Shown in pieces: positions 37,714 to 51,045 of a stretch of DNA of 64,000 nt; positions within the stretch are counted from its first letter, which is position 1; each line of letters opens with the position of its first letter. Under the pieces are notes generated by a model. The model saw only the letters and a list, made by a program, of their open reading frames with translations. It made no database searches and was not told the DNA's origin. The DNA is from Mustelus asterias. Lineage: Eukaryota. The translations under genes and the position numbers were made by a program. Location of the stretch: NCBI RefSeq assembly GCF_964213995.1, contig NC_135804.1, positions 26,102,001 through 26,166,000 on the forward strand, written 5' to 3'.

Positions 37714-38340
37714 CTGCACCCTATCCTTGTTCCCTGCACCTTATCCTTGTTTCACTTGAAAGTAGCTCTTGGCATTGAGATCAACTGGTGGTTAAATGAA
37801 AAAAACTGTCTTCACGGTTCACTCCGATCCTATTTATACACCTTGTAATTCCACAAGCTACTTCATTTTCAAAATACCACTTGACATTTGATCACGAAAC
37901 ATTTAGCACTTTCTCATTTAGCAATCACACGTTGAATTAAAAGATCTTAGGCAGCAACCCCAGGAACCTTTTTCCCAAAAAACAAGAAGAGATGTCCCTC
38001 CTGTAACTCAGATATTTTTAGTTGAGAACTGTTGCACAAGCCAAAATCTAACTGCACAGCTGTGACTACACTTAATGTGCGTATAGAATGAGATTTGCCT
38101 AATATAAACAATTTGACCCTCTCAAATTAACAGTGCAACACCTCAATAAATAGAATATTTTTTGGATTATTTATGTGAATCCAGCTGGTGCCTTCAACGT
38201 GTTAGGCATGCAACTTTCAAGCAGTATTCCCAGCTCATGTTATGAAATTATATAACCTTTGGCAAGTGTAATACAACCCTCATTCTCTCATTCCCTCAAG
38301 GTGCTTTCGTCTATGCTTTCCTTACAGTGTCTGACCACTT

Positions 38341-38653
38341 TAGAATCACAGAATCCCTACAGTGCAGAAGGAGGCCATTCGATCCGTTGAGTCTGCCCTG
38401 ACCACAATCCCACCCAGGCCCTATTCCTGTAGTCCCACATATTTATCCTGCTAATCCCCCTGACACTAGGGTCAATTTACCTAACCTGCACATTTTTGGA
38501 CTGTGGGAGGAAACCAGAGCACCCGGAGGAAACCCACGCAGACACGGGGAGAATGTGCAAACCCCACACAGGCAGTGACCCGGGGCCGGAATTGAACCCG
38601 GGTCCCTGGCGCTGTGAAGCAGCAGTGCTAACCACTGTGCCACCCTGCTGCCC
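38341..38653 (-). mobile_element. HE1/V-type SINE
   Basis: Same consensus. Confidence 0.9.
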
Positions 38654-39387
38654 CGGTTTTCACTTTAATCTCTAGATGAAGAAACCGCAGTTTCCAGTTG
38701 ATATGTAATGATGCCTTGATTTGATATTTTTGTTATTTGTAGATATACATGGTCAGCCTCATATATATTGACTGAATAATTCACTGGTTGAATAACTCAT
38801 ATCAAATTTTGCTGATTACACTGGAGCAGAAGTGGCCCAGTAAGCTGAAACTAGAGTCTAAGGAAACTTTTGACTCAACTCAGTCTTTGAAATATATCTA
38901 TAGATACGAGTAAACAACCAGAGACTTGTTTTAATGAATACTACAACTAAAATCCCATCCCTCTGTAACCAGTATCTTAATGTCTAAGTTTTGATTGGGG
39001 TGTTTACTAATAAGAGAAGAATAGGTTTCTGTTACAGCACTCAACAAATCTCAGATTGTTCAATAGGCAACATAGATATAATTCAATTCCTATTTTAAAG
39101 ACAATTTGCATTTGAAATTCTTTATAAACCAAATAATCAACTCTTAATTTATTCAAGTCATTTTTATAAGTACAATAAGAAATCAAGCTTGCATGTAAAT
39201 TTGATTCAAATAAGAAAACAGGGTCAAGGCAGTGTATACATTCGGAATGCAAATATGATTAGTGCTTTACTAAGCTGATGGTATTAAAGTCATATTTTCT
39301 ATGTTGGTATAAATAACCTGAGATCCCACTTTCTCCGCAATTACTTGAATGGGTCGCTACTCAAATGATGAAAAGGAGTTTATCGTA

Positions 39388-39702
39388 AATATTGCTGATA
39401 AAGGAGACGTGCTGTCTCCTCAAGAATGGTTGTGGGGCAGCCATTTCCTGATTCATTCCCCATGCCAATGCCTTGACCAATCAGAGTTAACCTGCTTGGT
39501 TTGAATTTAAACAAAAAGGTTGGCCTTGGTGCATTCTCCATTGCAATCTTTACCAATTAGAGCCCACTTGCCAACCAATCAGCACTCTCTTCTCATGCAG
39601 GATAAATTGTTGTTCCCTTTGAGATTTGGTGTGCTTACAAATCTGTCCTGATGAGTGCAAAACAAAAATCTTTGACAGCATGTCTCTTTTTTTACAGCAA
39701 TA
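39388..39702 (+). mobile_element. Penelope-like terminal repeat remnant with a decayed hammerhead and inverted ends
   Basis: ctgatgagtgcaaaacaaaa at ~39648; 39390-39416 is an imperfect reverse complement of 39674-39701. Confidence 0.5.
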
Positions 39703-39869
39703 CTGTACTATCAACCAACTCTTATTGTAAATAATAAACCTGATGAACCTAAGAGTTGTATAACTGAGGTGTATGGTTGCAGATGCAATTTTACTACAAG
39801 AGTCAGCAACATATGCACAGCTGATGTATTTCAGTTAGCCAAAGTTTAACTGCCCATCATTATAAATAT

Positions 39870-40600
39870 ATATTATTCTGATTTTGGAATCTTAAACTTG
39901 CAGAATGAACTTGAATAGAGATCAATGTGAGGAGATACATTTTGGTAGGAAAAATGGGATCATATACTCCTTGGAAAATAAGTATCTAAATGGGGTAGAC
40001 AAATTTCTGAATACAGATACATAAGTCACTGAAAGAAGCAAAGCAGGTTAATAATATGCCATTAAACCAGCAAACAAAGAATTAGAGTTCACTTTTAGTT
40101 GGATAGAGTTGAAGTTACAATAAACTTGTGTAGAATCTTGTTTAGGCCACACTTGGAGTACTGTGAACAGTTCTGCTCTCCATATTATCAAAAGGGATAC
40201 AGAAGGACAGGAAATGTGGAGAAAGATTGACTAGAATCAGAGCAAATCTGAGCTGTTACTCCTCTTAGGAAAGCTTGATCAGGCTGGGCCTCTGTTCGCT
40301 AGGAAAGAGAAGACTAATCAATGTTTTAAGATTATGAAAGGATTTGTTAAGGTAGCTCTAGAGATGTTTCACTTGAAGAACCACAAAGATAAGATGGTCA
40401 CCAGTTAATCCAATGGGAAATTCTAGAGAAATTCCTTTACTGAGAGACTGGTCAAAATATGAAACTTGCAATTACAAGTTGGCAATTTGAGGTAAATTGT
40501 ACAGATGGAGTTAAGGGGAAACTAGATAAATTCACAGAGAGGAAAGGAATAGAAGAATATGTAGATGAAGAGGAGTGGGAGGATGCTCCTGTAATGGGCA
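39870..40600 (+). mobile_element. Old degraded CR1 fragment
   Basis: ttaggccacacttggagtactgtgaacagttctg and other RT remnants. Confidence 0.65.
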
Positions 40601-40898
40601 TGCTCCTGGTCCACATAAAAGCGAAATACTGCAGATGCTGCAAATCTGAAATAAATACAGACGATGCTGAATTAACACAGCAGGTCTGACAGCATCTGTG
40701 GAGAGAGAAATAGACCTTGACTTCGTATATAGTAGGTCATTGGCCCTTCAAGATTGCTCTGCCATTTGATAAGATCATGGATGACCTTGACCTCAGTTGT
40801 GATCTCAACTCTACTTTCCTGTCTGCCCCCATAACCCAAGGGAGAGAGCCTTGGGGGCCGGAGCCTTGGGAGCCCTTGGCGAGCTTTGAGGAGTTGAT

Positions 40899-41250
40899 TG
40901 GGCGGCACGGTAACACAGTGGTTAGCACTGCTGCTTCACAGCTCCAGGGTCCCGGGTTCGATTCCCGGCTCAGGTCACTGTCTGTGTGGAGTTTGCACAT
41001 TCTCCTCGTATCTGCGTGGGTTTCCTCCGGGTGCTCCGGTTTCCTCCCACACTCCAAAGATGTGCGGGTTAGGTTGATTGGCCAGGTTAAAAATTGCCCC
41101 TTAGAGTCCTGGGATGCGTAGGTTAGAGGGATTAGTGGGTAAATATGTGGGGGTAAGGCCTGGGTGGGATTGTGGTCGGTGCAGACTCGATGGGCCGAAT
41201 GGCCTCCTTCTGCACTGTAGGGTTTCTATGATTTCTATGATTTCTATGAT
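40899..41250 (+). mobile_element. HE1/V-type SINE
   Basis: Same consensus, (ttctatga)n tail. Confidence 0.92.
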
Positions 41251-42294
41251 TTATGTGGGCCAGTACATGTAACATTTAACTCAGTGTAACTATTGCACTA
41301 GTATGCGCTTAAGTTAAAAACTAAACTAATTATTAACAAAACTTTAGATTTACAAACAATCTCTGAGAAATGAATGATTGCCTTTGGGCAAGTTGGATGA
41401 AAAAATGCGAATGGAAAAGTTTTGACGCTAAAAATAAATTGTGTTTGTTCAAAGAAAGTCAAAGGTCCCTTGTCTAGTTTAGAAAAGAATTTTCCTTGGG
41501 GCAAAGGCACCAAGGAAAACTTAAACAACTATTAGCATGTTCACTAAATAGTCATGTTTACAGGAAAGAAGTTTGACTTCCAAAAGGGTGACTTTTAGAT
41601 CTCCCTTTCTCGCTCGCTGTAGATTCTGCTCCATGTGGTCCAGTTGTTCCATTACACACTCCACAATCTCATTGGATTTACTCGAGCTGGTGAACCTCAA
41701 AGTGAGATGTTTCTGAAAAATTGCCTGGTGCACCTGAATGGCCGCCAATGTAAACTTGCCAACATTTAACCAGAAAAAGTTAACCACCCAGGAATTCAAT
41801 TGTACTTTCTGTCCTTTTCTCACTATCCATGCATTTATTCACCAGTTTAATCCCCTTTCATTACCGTTACCCTCTCTGCTATGCTGCAGCTCTTGGTGGA
41901 ATATATTGGCCATCTCCATTGCTGCCATCACTGTTCCCCATCAAACAATGCAACGTGTGCTCTGATGGAGAGATGAGTCTTAACTGATACTTCCTCCCTG
42001 GGAAGTTGAGATGGTGCAGGTCTTAAGGCCATTGTTCTTCCAAAACAAATTTCACACAAAGTTGAGGTAATCCATGGGTGTCGGAACTTCCTAAAATGGC
42101 TCAGTTGGGAAGAAAGAGAGCCAATCTTTATATGGTAGCCAGAATTTGAGACACATTATGGCGTTGAATTGAAGTTTTGATTTGATTTGATTTATTATTG
42201 TCACATGTACTGGGATAGAGTGAAAAGTATTGGGTGCGATTTTCCCAGCCTGCTGAGCTGTAGGTTGGGAGTGAGTCCTTATTCCAGGGATACT

Positions 42295-42627
42295 GGGCGG
42301 CACGGTAGCACAGTGGTTAGCACTGCTGCTTCACAGCTCCAGGGTCCCGGGTTCGATTCCCGGCTCAGGTCACTGTCTGTGTGGAGTTTGTGCATTCTCC
42401 TCGTGTCTGCGTGGGTTTTCTCCGGGTGCTCAGGTTTCCTCCCACAGTCCAAAGATGTGCGGGTTAGGTTGATTGGCCAGGTTAAAAAAAAAATTGCCCC
42501 TTAGAGTCCTGAGATGCATAGGTTAGAGGGATTAGCGGGTAAATATGTGGGGGTAGGGCCTGGGTGGGATTGTGCAGACTCGATGGGCCGAATGGCCTCC
42601 TTCTGCACTGTAGGGTTTCTATGATTT
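42295..42627 (+). mobile_element. HE1/V-type SINE
   Basis: Near-identical to 40899-41250. Confidence 0.92.
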
Positions 42628-43002
42628 ACTGAGGCCAGCTACTGAGGCTAGCTACTGAGGCTAGCTACTGTGCCAGTTAAGATCAAACAGGTCAACACAA
42701 ACTACGGATTGACTGAGGACTTCCAGTTTGTATAGATCAGTTGTACACTGAGCTGATATTAGTGCACAATTCCTGTGACTTAGACTTTTTTATTCATTCA
42801 CAGGATGTGAATGTAAATCTGCCAGACTAACGTTTATTGTCCACCCTTACTTGCAGTTGAAAAGGTGATGGTGAGCTGCCATCTTGAATTGCTGCAGTGT
42901 GTGTGCTGATGGTGGACCCCCAGTGTTTGGGAAGGATTTCAGGATTTTGACCCAGCCACAGAGAAAGATTTACTGAAGTGTGTCAAAACAAAAACAAACT
43001 TA

Positions 43003-43347
43003 AGGGCGGCACGGTAGCACAGTGGTTAGCACTGCTGCTTCACAGCTTCAGGGACCTGGGTTCGATTCCCGGCTTGGGTCACTGTCTGTGTGGAGTTTGC
43101 ACATTCTCCTCGTGTCTGCGTGGGTTTCCTCCGGGTGCTCCGGTTTCCTCCCACAGTCCAACGATGTGCGGGTTAGGTTGATTGGCCATGCTAAATTGCC
43201 CCTTAGTGCCATGGGATGTGTAGGTTAGAGGGATTAGCGGGTAAATATGTGGGGATATGGGGATAGGGCCTGGATGGGATTGTGGTCGGTGCAGACTCAA
43301 TGGGCCGAATGGCCTCTTTCTGTACTGTAGGGTTTCTATGATTCTAT
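43003..43347 (+). mobile_element. HE1/V-type SINE
   Basis: Same consensus. Confidence 0.92.
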
Positions 43348-44546
43348 GAGAGGGGAGAGATACAAAAGTGTCCAGAGGGGCAATTTTTTTCACACAGAGG
43401 GTGGTGAGTGTCTGGAACAAGCTGCCAGAGGTAGTAGTAGAGGCGGGTACAATCTTATCTTTTCAAAAGCATTTAGATAGTTACATGGGTACGATGGGTA
43501 TAGAGGAATATGGGCCAAATGCGGGCAATTGGGATTAGTTTAGGGGTTTAAAAAAAAGGACGGCATGGACAAGTTGGACCGAAGGGCCTGTTTCCATGCT
43601 GTAAACCTCTATGACTCTATGGAATATGCAACCACTGCTCAACAAGTTGCATTCCCAAAGCTGTTGCCTAAGCTTGGTATCTGATTGCATTGCAGTTTTG
43701 TGAGCATTAAATGTATTTCTAATTGCTCATAAAAGTGCCGCCATGCAATTGGCCTACAGCAAGTCAGTGATGAATCAGGAGCCTCTGGGTAAAATCCACC
43801 TGCATGGATTTCCGCATTGACAAGAAAATAGGAAACACGGATTTGATATAAATAAGGTAACAAACGAGAGAGAGGATTGTTGATTCATGGCCAATACATC
43901 TGTGGCTTACACAAAGTAGCAGACCATATGATAGATTAATAGGAAAAAATTCAGTGCTAGAAAGCTGAGGAGATTGTTTTTCAAAAATCATGTTGTGATC
44001 TAGCTGAGCGAATTTTACAATATTGGTAGCTGCGTAAAATTCACATCAGGCTGCAGTTATTAGCAATTACATATGTGATTGTTCATATAAATCGCATATT
44101 CTGGAAAGACAGTCGCATCATTGAAGTTTGAAGGAAGATTCTGAATGAAATTCCTGAATTTCAGTGTTTCTCTAAGCCACGTCTTTTGGTAACAATAAGT
44201 GCTGTTGAAGAGATATTAACACATTAAAGATATAAATTACTTAATTCTTAAGTATTTCTTGATGTCTCTATAAAGCAAATTTGATAAACAGATGAACAGT
44301 AAAGATGGAAGTGCTCTTCCCCGTGTTATTTGCAGAGATTTATTGATATAAATGTGATAATCAAATGGAAGTTTTCATTTGCTAGCTGTTGTTAATAGGG
44401 AATATAAAATTAATTTACTCTTTGGAACTAGTACAAAAGTATTCGCTGCTTTTTTAACTTTTTCAACATCTTTCATCAGTAGGGTGTGGAAATAAAATAT
44501 ATGCCAATAGCATTGCATCTGACTGGAAGATTATAAAAATATAAGG

Positions 44547-44830
44547 GGTGGTTAGCACTGTTACTTCGCCAGGGACTCAGGTTCGATTCTGGCCTTGGGT
44601 GACTGTGTGGGTTTTGCAGATTTTCCCTGTGTCTGCGTGGGTTTCCTCCGGGTGCTCCGGTTTCCTCCCACAGTCCGAAGATGTGTAGGTTAGGTGGATT
44701 AGCCATGTTAAATGCTTGGGGTTACGGGGATAGGGCGAGGGAGTAGGCCTGGGTAAGGTGCTCTTTCGGAGAGTCGGTGCAGACTCAATGGGCCAAATGA
44801 TCTCCTGCTTCACTGAAGGGACTCTGTCAT
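44547..44830 (+). mobile_element. HE1/V-type SINE (older)
   Basis: Same core, diverged. Confidence 0.82.
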
Positions 44831-45710
44831 TCAAGAGACAGCATATGCGTGTGTGGAGGATATCATCTTGAACTTTTAGTGTCATAACAAACCAAGGATA
44901 AGGTACATAATGTAGGAAAGATGAAAAAAAAACATGTACAACAAGATGGTTGTACCTTTCTAACCAGTTGGATTTTTGGTGTTTAAGATTGTTAGCAGGC
45001 TTTTCAGAATCACTGTTATCTTCTGAAGAGGGCCAAACACGTAGTTGGCTGTAACTTTCAGTGTGTGTTGGTGCCTACAACTCCCAGAAATGTGTTTTTT
45101 TATGATCGACAACAGATTGGCTTACTCAGAAATTGCCACCCTATGATCAAGTGTAGTATGGTCGGCAGCCCATGGTCGGCCGCACTTGGTTGAGGTCGTT
45201 GGGTTGCACTGAGGTTTCGTGTGAAGCAATATTTTGGAGCGGCATCTTGGCCTTTTGGCTAGGATGCGGGTGGGCTCGAGTCTTAGAGGAGGAGCCTCCC
45301 CCTTCTCCAATCAGCTTGGCTCGTGTGGATCGGGCCCGGGACAGGGTGGTTTGGTCGCTCGCCCTGTCTTGTCAGCCTGGATCTGAAATGTCTCAACTTG
45401 TTGGGACTCTGAATTGGATTTGATTTGATTGAATTGGAAAAGTATTTAAAAAAAAACACATGGGACATTCTACCAATCGTATATTGTAGCTTAAGATTTC
45501 TTTTTGAAAGCCTTTTGAAAACAATTAAAAACTTGTATAATTCTATAATTTGTATATTATCCTTATATCTGTGAAGGAAGCAAAAGGAATTCGTAGGAAT
45601 AATATTAAACAAGCTATAAACTGGTTTAAAACTGTAAACTCTAACAGCAATTAGACTTTCTGGAATCAAATTTACAAAGTTCCATTTTAACCACAAAATA
45701 ATTTGTTGCG

Positions 45711-45998
45711 TGTGGTAAACCACTGTCGTGCCTTCGGCACGGTTGAGCTGTATATATTGTTGCCACTACTGTTCGTATATGAGACACTCCCTGACACCTT
45801 TAATTCGGCTGCACCTTTAACTGAAGGCTCCGCCCTCAGGGTATAAAGGCTGCAGCCCTCCCCCTCCGGCCTCAGTCGGGAGATCCTCATGCCCAGTATT
45901 GTTCTGTTTATTGTCTGTTCCACATCGTTCCTTTTTAGCGAATAAAAGCCTTCTGTTCCTGGCAACATCAGCCTTGTCTATTTATCAGACGCGCCTCA
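45711..45998 (+). mobile_element. Solo Gypsy-type LTR
   Basis: Starts TGTGGTAAACCACTGT like the 828 LTR; TATAAA, AATAAAAGCC, ends CA; near-perfect 5-bp TSD TTGCG/TTGCA. Confidence 0.88.
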
Positions 45999-46273
45999 TT
46001 GCACATTATACAATGAATATCTCCTGACTTCGTCAAACAATCTTATCTAATTTATTGTGGGCATCCAGTGAGAAATCTCTCTAGTATATATGAACATTAT
46101 TGTTATACCAACTTCACAATAGCGCCAAAGTTAATAATGACAGCGATAATTATTTTGTGCATGCATTTTGTCTTGTGATACGTGACAGACTTTGCTGAGC
46201 TGGCCATTAGCTCGTCAGAAATTGCATTGGATTCTTCTATCCCAGTTGAGCCTGTGTGCTTGCATGTTAACAG

Positions 46274-46451
46274 GATGAAGATGAGGAAGGTATGGAGGTG
46301 GAAGATGCAACAGAGGATGAAGAAGACACAGCTGAACAAGAAAGACGGAGACAAGCCCGTACAGCTGCGCTTCTTCGGCTGCGAGCGACAGCACAGAGAC
46401 TTCTTGAAGCTACGGGGAAAGCTGTGGCCATTCTGTTTTTGGCTTTAGCTG
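46274..46451 (+). CDS. PIEZO1: PIEZO1 coding exon (equivalent to exon 6)
   Basis: aacag|GAT...GCTG|gtaagt; acidic loop DEDEEGMEVEDATEDEEDTAEQE then RLRATAQRLLEATGKAVAILFLALA(G), vs recalled human RFRVTAHWLLVAAGRVLAVTLLALAG. Confidence 0.92.
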
Positions 46452-47059
46452 GTAAGTTTTTACGAATTACTGTATTGGTCGTGACAACAGTTTTCGCATC
46501 ATGCAAGTGTGAGCCAATGACCATCACCCTAAGAGCGAGGATGTGCATTTCCCCTTGACATTTAACAGGATTGACATCATTGAATTCTCCCACTGTTAAT
46601 ATTTGAGTGGGGGCGGCGGGGGGGGATTGTCACCATTATCCATAAATGTAACTGGATCAGCCATTTAAATGCTGTGGCTACACAGTATTTATATTTATCA
46701 CTCACCTTCAGACTCCACAAAGCATTTTCACAGGTGCAAGGCACATCGTGTTGTGATGTTTTCTGCATGCCATTGTAATTTGAAGAGGCTCAGCAGAACA
46801 AGGGTTAATGTGGGACTGGCAAATAGCACCTTCCACAGCATGATGTATAGAATCACATGGTAAGCGACTCAGAGAGAACAGCCTAGAGCAATTCTCTGTA
46901 AGTAAGCAGCCTGGAGACAGCACTATGCTTGACAATATCTGAGATCTGTGAATAATTAACGACTATCAATAAACAGTTCATATTTAAATGTACAGATTTC
47001 AAGATCTTCTCATTGAGACATATAAAAAACCCATTATACAACAAACGGTGTCAGTAAAC

Positions 47060-49030
47060 AGCAAGATATTACAACACCTGGCGCAAGTTAACAATGTAAT
47101 GGAATGCACACCACTTGCCTGAACGAGTGGAGCTCTGACAACACATAAGAAGCTTACATCATCCAGAACAAAGCAGCCCATTTGGTTGCCATCCACCACT
47201 TTAAACATTAATTCCCTCCACCACCAAAGCACAACGGCAGCAGTATGTACCATTTATAAGATGCACCACAACAATACATCAGGACTCCGTCAACAGCACC
47301 TTCCAAACATACAACCTCTACTACTTAGAAAAGCAGCAGATGTTTGGCAACACGACCAGTCGCAAGTTTCCCTCCAAGTCACACACAATATCTTGACTTG
47401 GAGCTATAGTCACTGTCGCTGGGTCAATATCATGGAATGCCCTATCTTACCAGCACTGTGGTGTTCCTACAACATACAGGCTCCAGCGGTTCAAGAAGGC
47501 TGCTCACTGCCATCTTCTCACATTCCAAATGTGACGCCACTGTTTAAAAAAGGAGGTAGACAAAAGGCGGGTAACTATAGGCCGGTTAGCTTAACTTCTG
47601 TAGGAGGGAAAATGCTTTAATCTATCATCAAGGAAGAAATAACGAGACATCTGGATATAAATTGTCCCATTGGTAAGACGCAGCATGGGTTCATGAAGGG
47701 AAGGTCATGTTTGACTAATTTGGTGGAATTCTTTGAGAACATTACATGTGCAGTGGACAATGGGGAACCTGTGGATGTGGTGTATCTGAATTTCCAGAAG
47801 GCATTTGACAAGATGCCGCACCAAAGACTGCTACATAAGATAAAGGGGCATGGTGTTACGGGTAATGGATAGAGGATTGGTTAACTAACAGAAAGCAAAA
47901 AGTAGGGGTAAATGGGTGTTTTTCTGGTTGGCGATCAGTGACTAGTAGTGTGCCTCAGGGATCAGTGTTGGGTCCGCAATTATTTACGATTTACATAGAT
48001 GATTTGGAGTTGGGGACCAAGTGTAGTGTGTCAAAATTCGCAGATGACACTAAGATGGGTGGCAGAGCAAAGTGTGCAGAGGACACTGAAAGTCTGCAAA
48101 GGGACATAAATAGTCTAAGTGAGTGGGCGAAGTCTGGCAGATGGAGTACAATGTTGGTAAATGTGAGGTCATCCATTTTGGTAGGAACAACAGCAAAATG
48201 GACTATTATTTAAATGGTAAAAAATTGCAACATGCTGCTGTGCTGAGAGACCTGGGTGTCCTTGTGCAGGAATCTCAATGAATTGGTTTGCAGGTGCAGC
48301 AGGTAATTAAGAAGGCAAATGGAATTTTGTCCTTCATTGTTAGAGGGATGGAGTTTAAAAACAGTGAGATTATATTGCAGCTGTATAAGGTGCTGGTGAG
48401 GCCACACCTGGAGTACTGTGCACAGTTTTGGTCTCCTTACTTGAGAAAGGATATACTGATACTGGAGGGGGTGCAGAGGAGATTCACTAGGTTGATTCTG
48501 GAGTTGAGAGGGTTGGCTTATGAGGAGAGACTGAGTAGACTGGGGCTATACTCATTGGAATTCAGAAGAATGAGGGGAGACCTTATAGAAACATATACGA
48601 TTATGAAGGGAATAGATAAGATAGAAGCAGGGAAGTTGTTTCCACTGGCAGGTGAAACTAGAACTCGGGGGTATAGCCTCAAAATAAGGGGAAGCAGATT
48701 TAGGACTGTGTTGAGGGGGAACTTCTTCACACAAAGGGTTGTGAATGTGTGGAATTCCCTGCCCAATGAAGCAGTTGAGGCTACCTCATTGAATGTTTTT
48801 AAGGCAAGGATAGATACATTTTTGAACAGTAAAGGAATTAAGGGTTATGGTGAGCTGGCGAGTAAGTGGAGTTGAGTCCACAAAAAGATCAGCCATGATC
48901 TTATTGAATGGCGGAGCAGGCACGAGGGACCAGATGGCCTACTCCTGCTCCGAGTTCTTATGCTCTTATGTTCTCAAGGGTAGTTAGGGGTCAGCAGTAA
49001 ATTACAACAACAACTACATCTCATGAGCAA
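47060..49030 (+). mobile_element. L2-like LINE 3' remnant containing a CR1 insertion (47521-48970)
   Basis: CR1 RT motifs [21 protein letters not shown] with frameshifts; ttctca duplicated at both junctions. Confidence 0.85.
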
Positions 49031-49174
49031 ATATTCATTTTGAAAGTGTTCTGTGAGGAACATTTGCACAGAATCAATTACAACATTTCAATCTACTTTC
49101 CAATTTGCATAATTAGTTTCAGAAATCTTGGTCCCGTTCAAATGTCGAGCATGTCATGACAGAAGCTAATTAAT

Positions 49175-49488
49175 AGAACCATAAAATCCCTACAGTGCAG
49201 AAACAGGCCATTTGGCCCATCAAGTCTACACCAACTCTCTGAAGAGCATCTTATCTAGTCCCAACACCACCCCCCCACCCCCATCTCCCCGCACATTTAG
49301 CATGGTCAATCCACCTAACCTGCACGTCTTTCAGACTGTGGGAGGAAATCAGAGCACCCGGAGGAAACCCACGCAGACATGGGAAGAATGTGCAAACTCC
49401 ACACAGGCAGTGACCTGAGGCCTGAATTGAACCCACGTCCCTGGCGCTGTGAGGCAGCAGTGCTAACCTCTGTGCCACCGTGCCGCCC
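49175..49488 (-). mobile_element. HE1/V-type SINE
   Basis: Same consensus. Confidence 0.88.
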
Positions 49489-49718
49489 TGCGTTTTTGTC
49501 CTGCAAACTCCACTGATCTTTAAGTGTAGGTGTTTTAAACTGTTAAGATGTTTGAAATATACATGCTTGTTCCATCAGCTAAAGGAAAATGGTGTACTGA
49601 TTATTAGCTACTCAATGGGAACAAGGCAATAAAATTTAAACATGTTAAAGGTATAAATGTGTTGCTGCATATTTATATTGGTTAATGTATTACTGACAAT
49701 ATTGTTTTCCTCTTGCAG

Positions 49719-49932
49719 GAATTACAGTTCCATCTGCTTTTTCAGGAGTTTATTATCTGCTTTTCATTGGAATTAGCACATGGTGGGCCTGTCACTTCCC
49801 AATGAGCCATGTTGGATTTAATACAATCTGTGTTATGGTGGCGTTTTATACTGCAGGCCATGTTATCTGCCTATATATCTACCAGACAGCATTTATCCAG
49901 GAGCTATTTCCTCCCAGTGGGCTTTGGTCCAG
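49719..49932 (+). CDS. PIEZO1: PIEZO1 coding exon (equivalent to exon 7)
   Basis: ttttcctcttgcag|...|gtaggg; encodes (G)ITVPSAFSGVYYLLFIGISTWWACHFPMSHVGFNTICVMVAFYTAGHVICLYIYQTAFIQELFPPSGLWS(R), containing the PIEZO1 TWWACHFP motif. Confidence 0.96.
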
Positions 49933-50671
49933 GTAGGGAAATGTATTTATTGAATTATATATGTATAAGTTCACTACGTGTACCATGTGGGCAAAAAGAT
50001 CAGTGCAAATCTCTTTTAAGACCTATTTATGTGGATGGGCCATTTACAAAAAAAAACACCTTAACACCACAGTCTTCTATTCTAAGGCAATGATTTTGTT
50101 TTTAAAGCCATGCATTTGGTATAGTTCTGGGATGTTCCTCTTGGCAGGGTTTCTTGTGCTGGAAAAATGCAACAAACCTACGGAGGTAGTATTTTGCAAC
50201 AGGAATTTATTTTGCCACTTGAAAGGAATAAGAAATACATTTAAGCTTTTTCTTCAAACTCATGAGCAGTTTCTAACACTGCCAACATTTCACAGTGGGG
50301 CTTTAACTTATGTCGAGATTGTGAACAGTTCAGTTCAGCTTAGACAATTGCTGGAGTGGGGGATGGAGTTGGTGGAAGTCTGTGAGGGGCGGGGGGGGGG
50401 GGGGGGGGGTGGGGGTGGTGGGGTGGGGGGGAAGAGAGAGGGGAGAGAGAGGCGGGGGTGTCAAGTGGACAGGAGATGGTGAGGTAGAGCAGAGTGCCAC
50501 CAGTGTACATGTAGAAGCTGATGTTATATCTATGATTGATGTCACCAAGGGATGAGGAAGTGGAGGAGTAGCCAAGATAACAATGTATGACAAGGAAGGA
50601 AAGCCAAGGTAGAAAAGAGAAACCAAGCTCACTGAAGCCTTGGAGAATGTTGAAGAGGGGTAGTGCATTTA

Positions 50672-51045
50672 GGAACATAAAGCTCAGAAAATAGGACCAG
50701 GAGGAGGCTATTTGGCCCTTCGAGCCTGCTCTGCCATTCATTATGATCATGACTGATCATACAAATCAATATTCTGATCCCATCTTCTCCCCATATCCTT
50801 TGCTCCCCTTTGCCTCAAGTGCCAAATCTAACTGCTTCTTGAAAACACTTCATGATTTAACCTCAACTACTTTCTGTGGTCGTGAATTCCACTGGCTCAC
50901 CACATTCTGGGTGAAGAAATTTCTCCTTATCTCAGTCATAAACAGTCTACCCTGTATCTTCAGACTGTCACCTCTGGTTCTGGACACCCCCACCATCAGA
51001 ACATCCTTCTTGCATCTCTCCTGTCTGGTCCTGTTAGAATTTTCA
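50672..51045 (-). mobile_element. CR1 3' fragment
   Basis: RRNFFTQNVVSQWNSRP. Confidence 0.8.
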
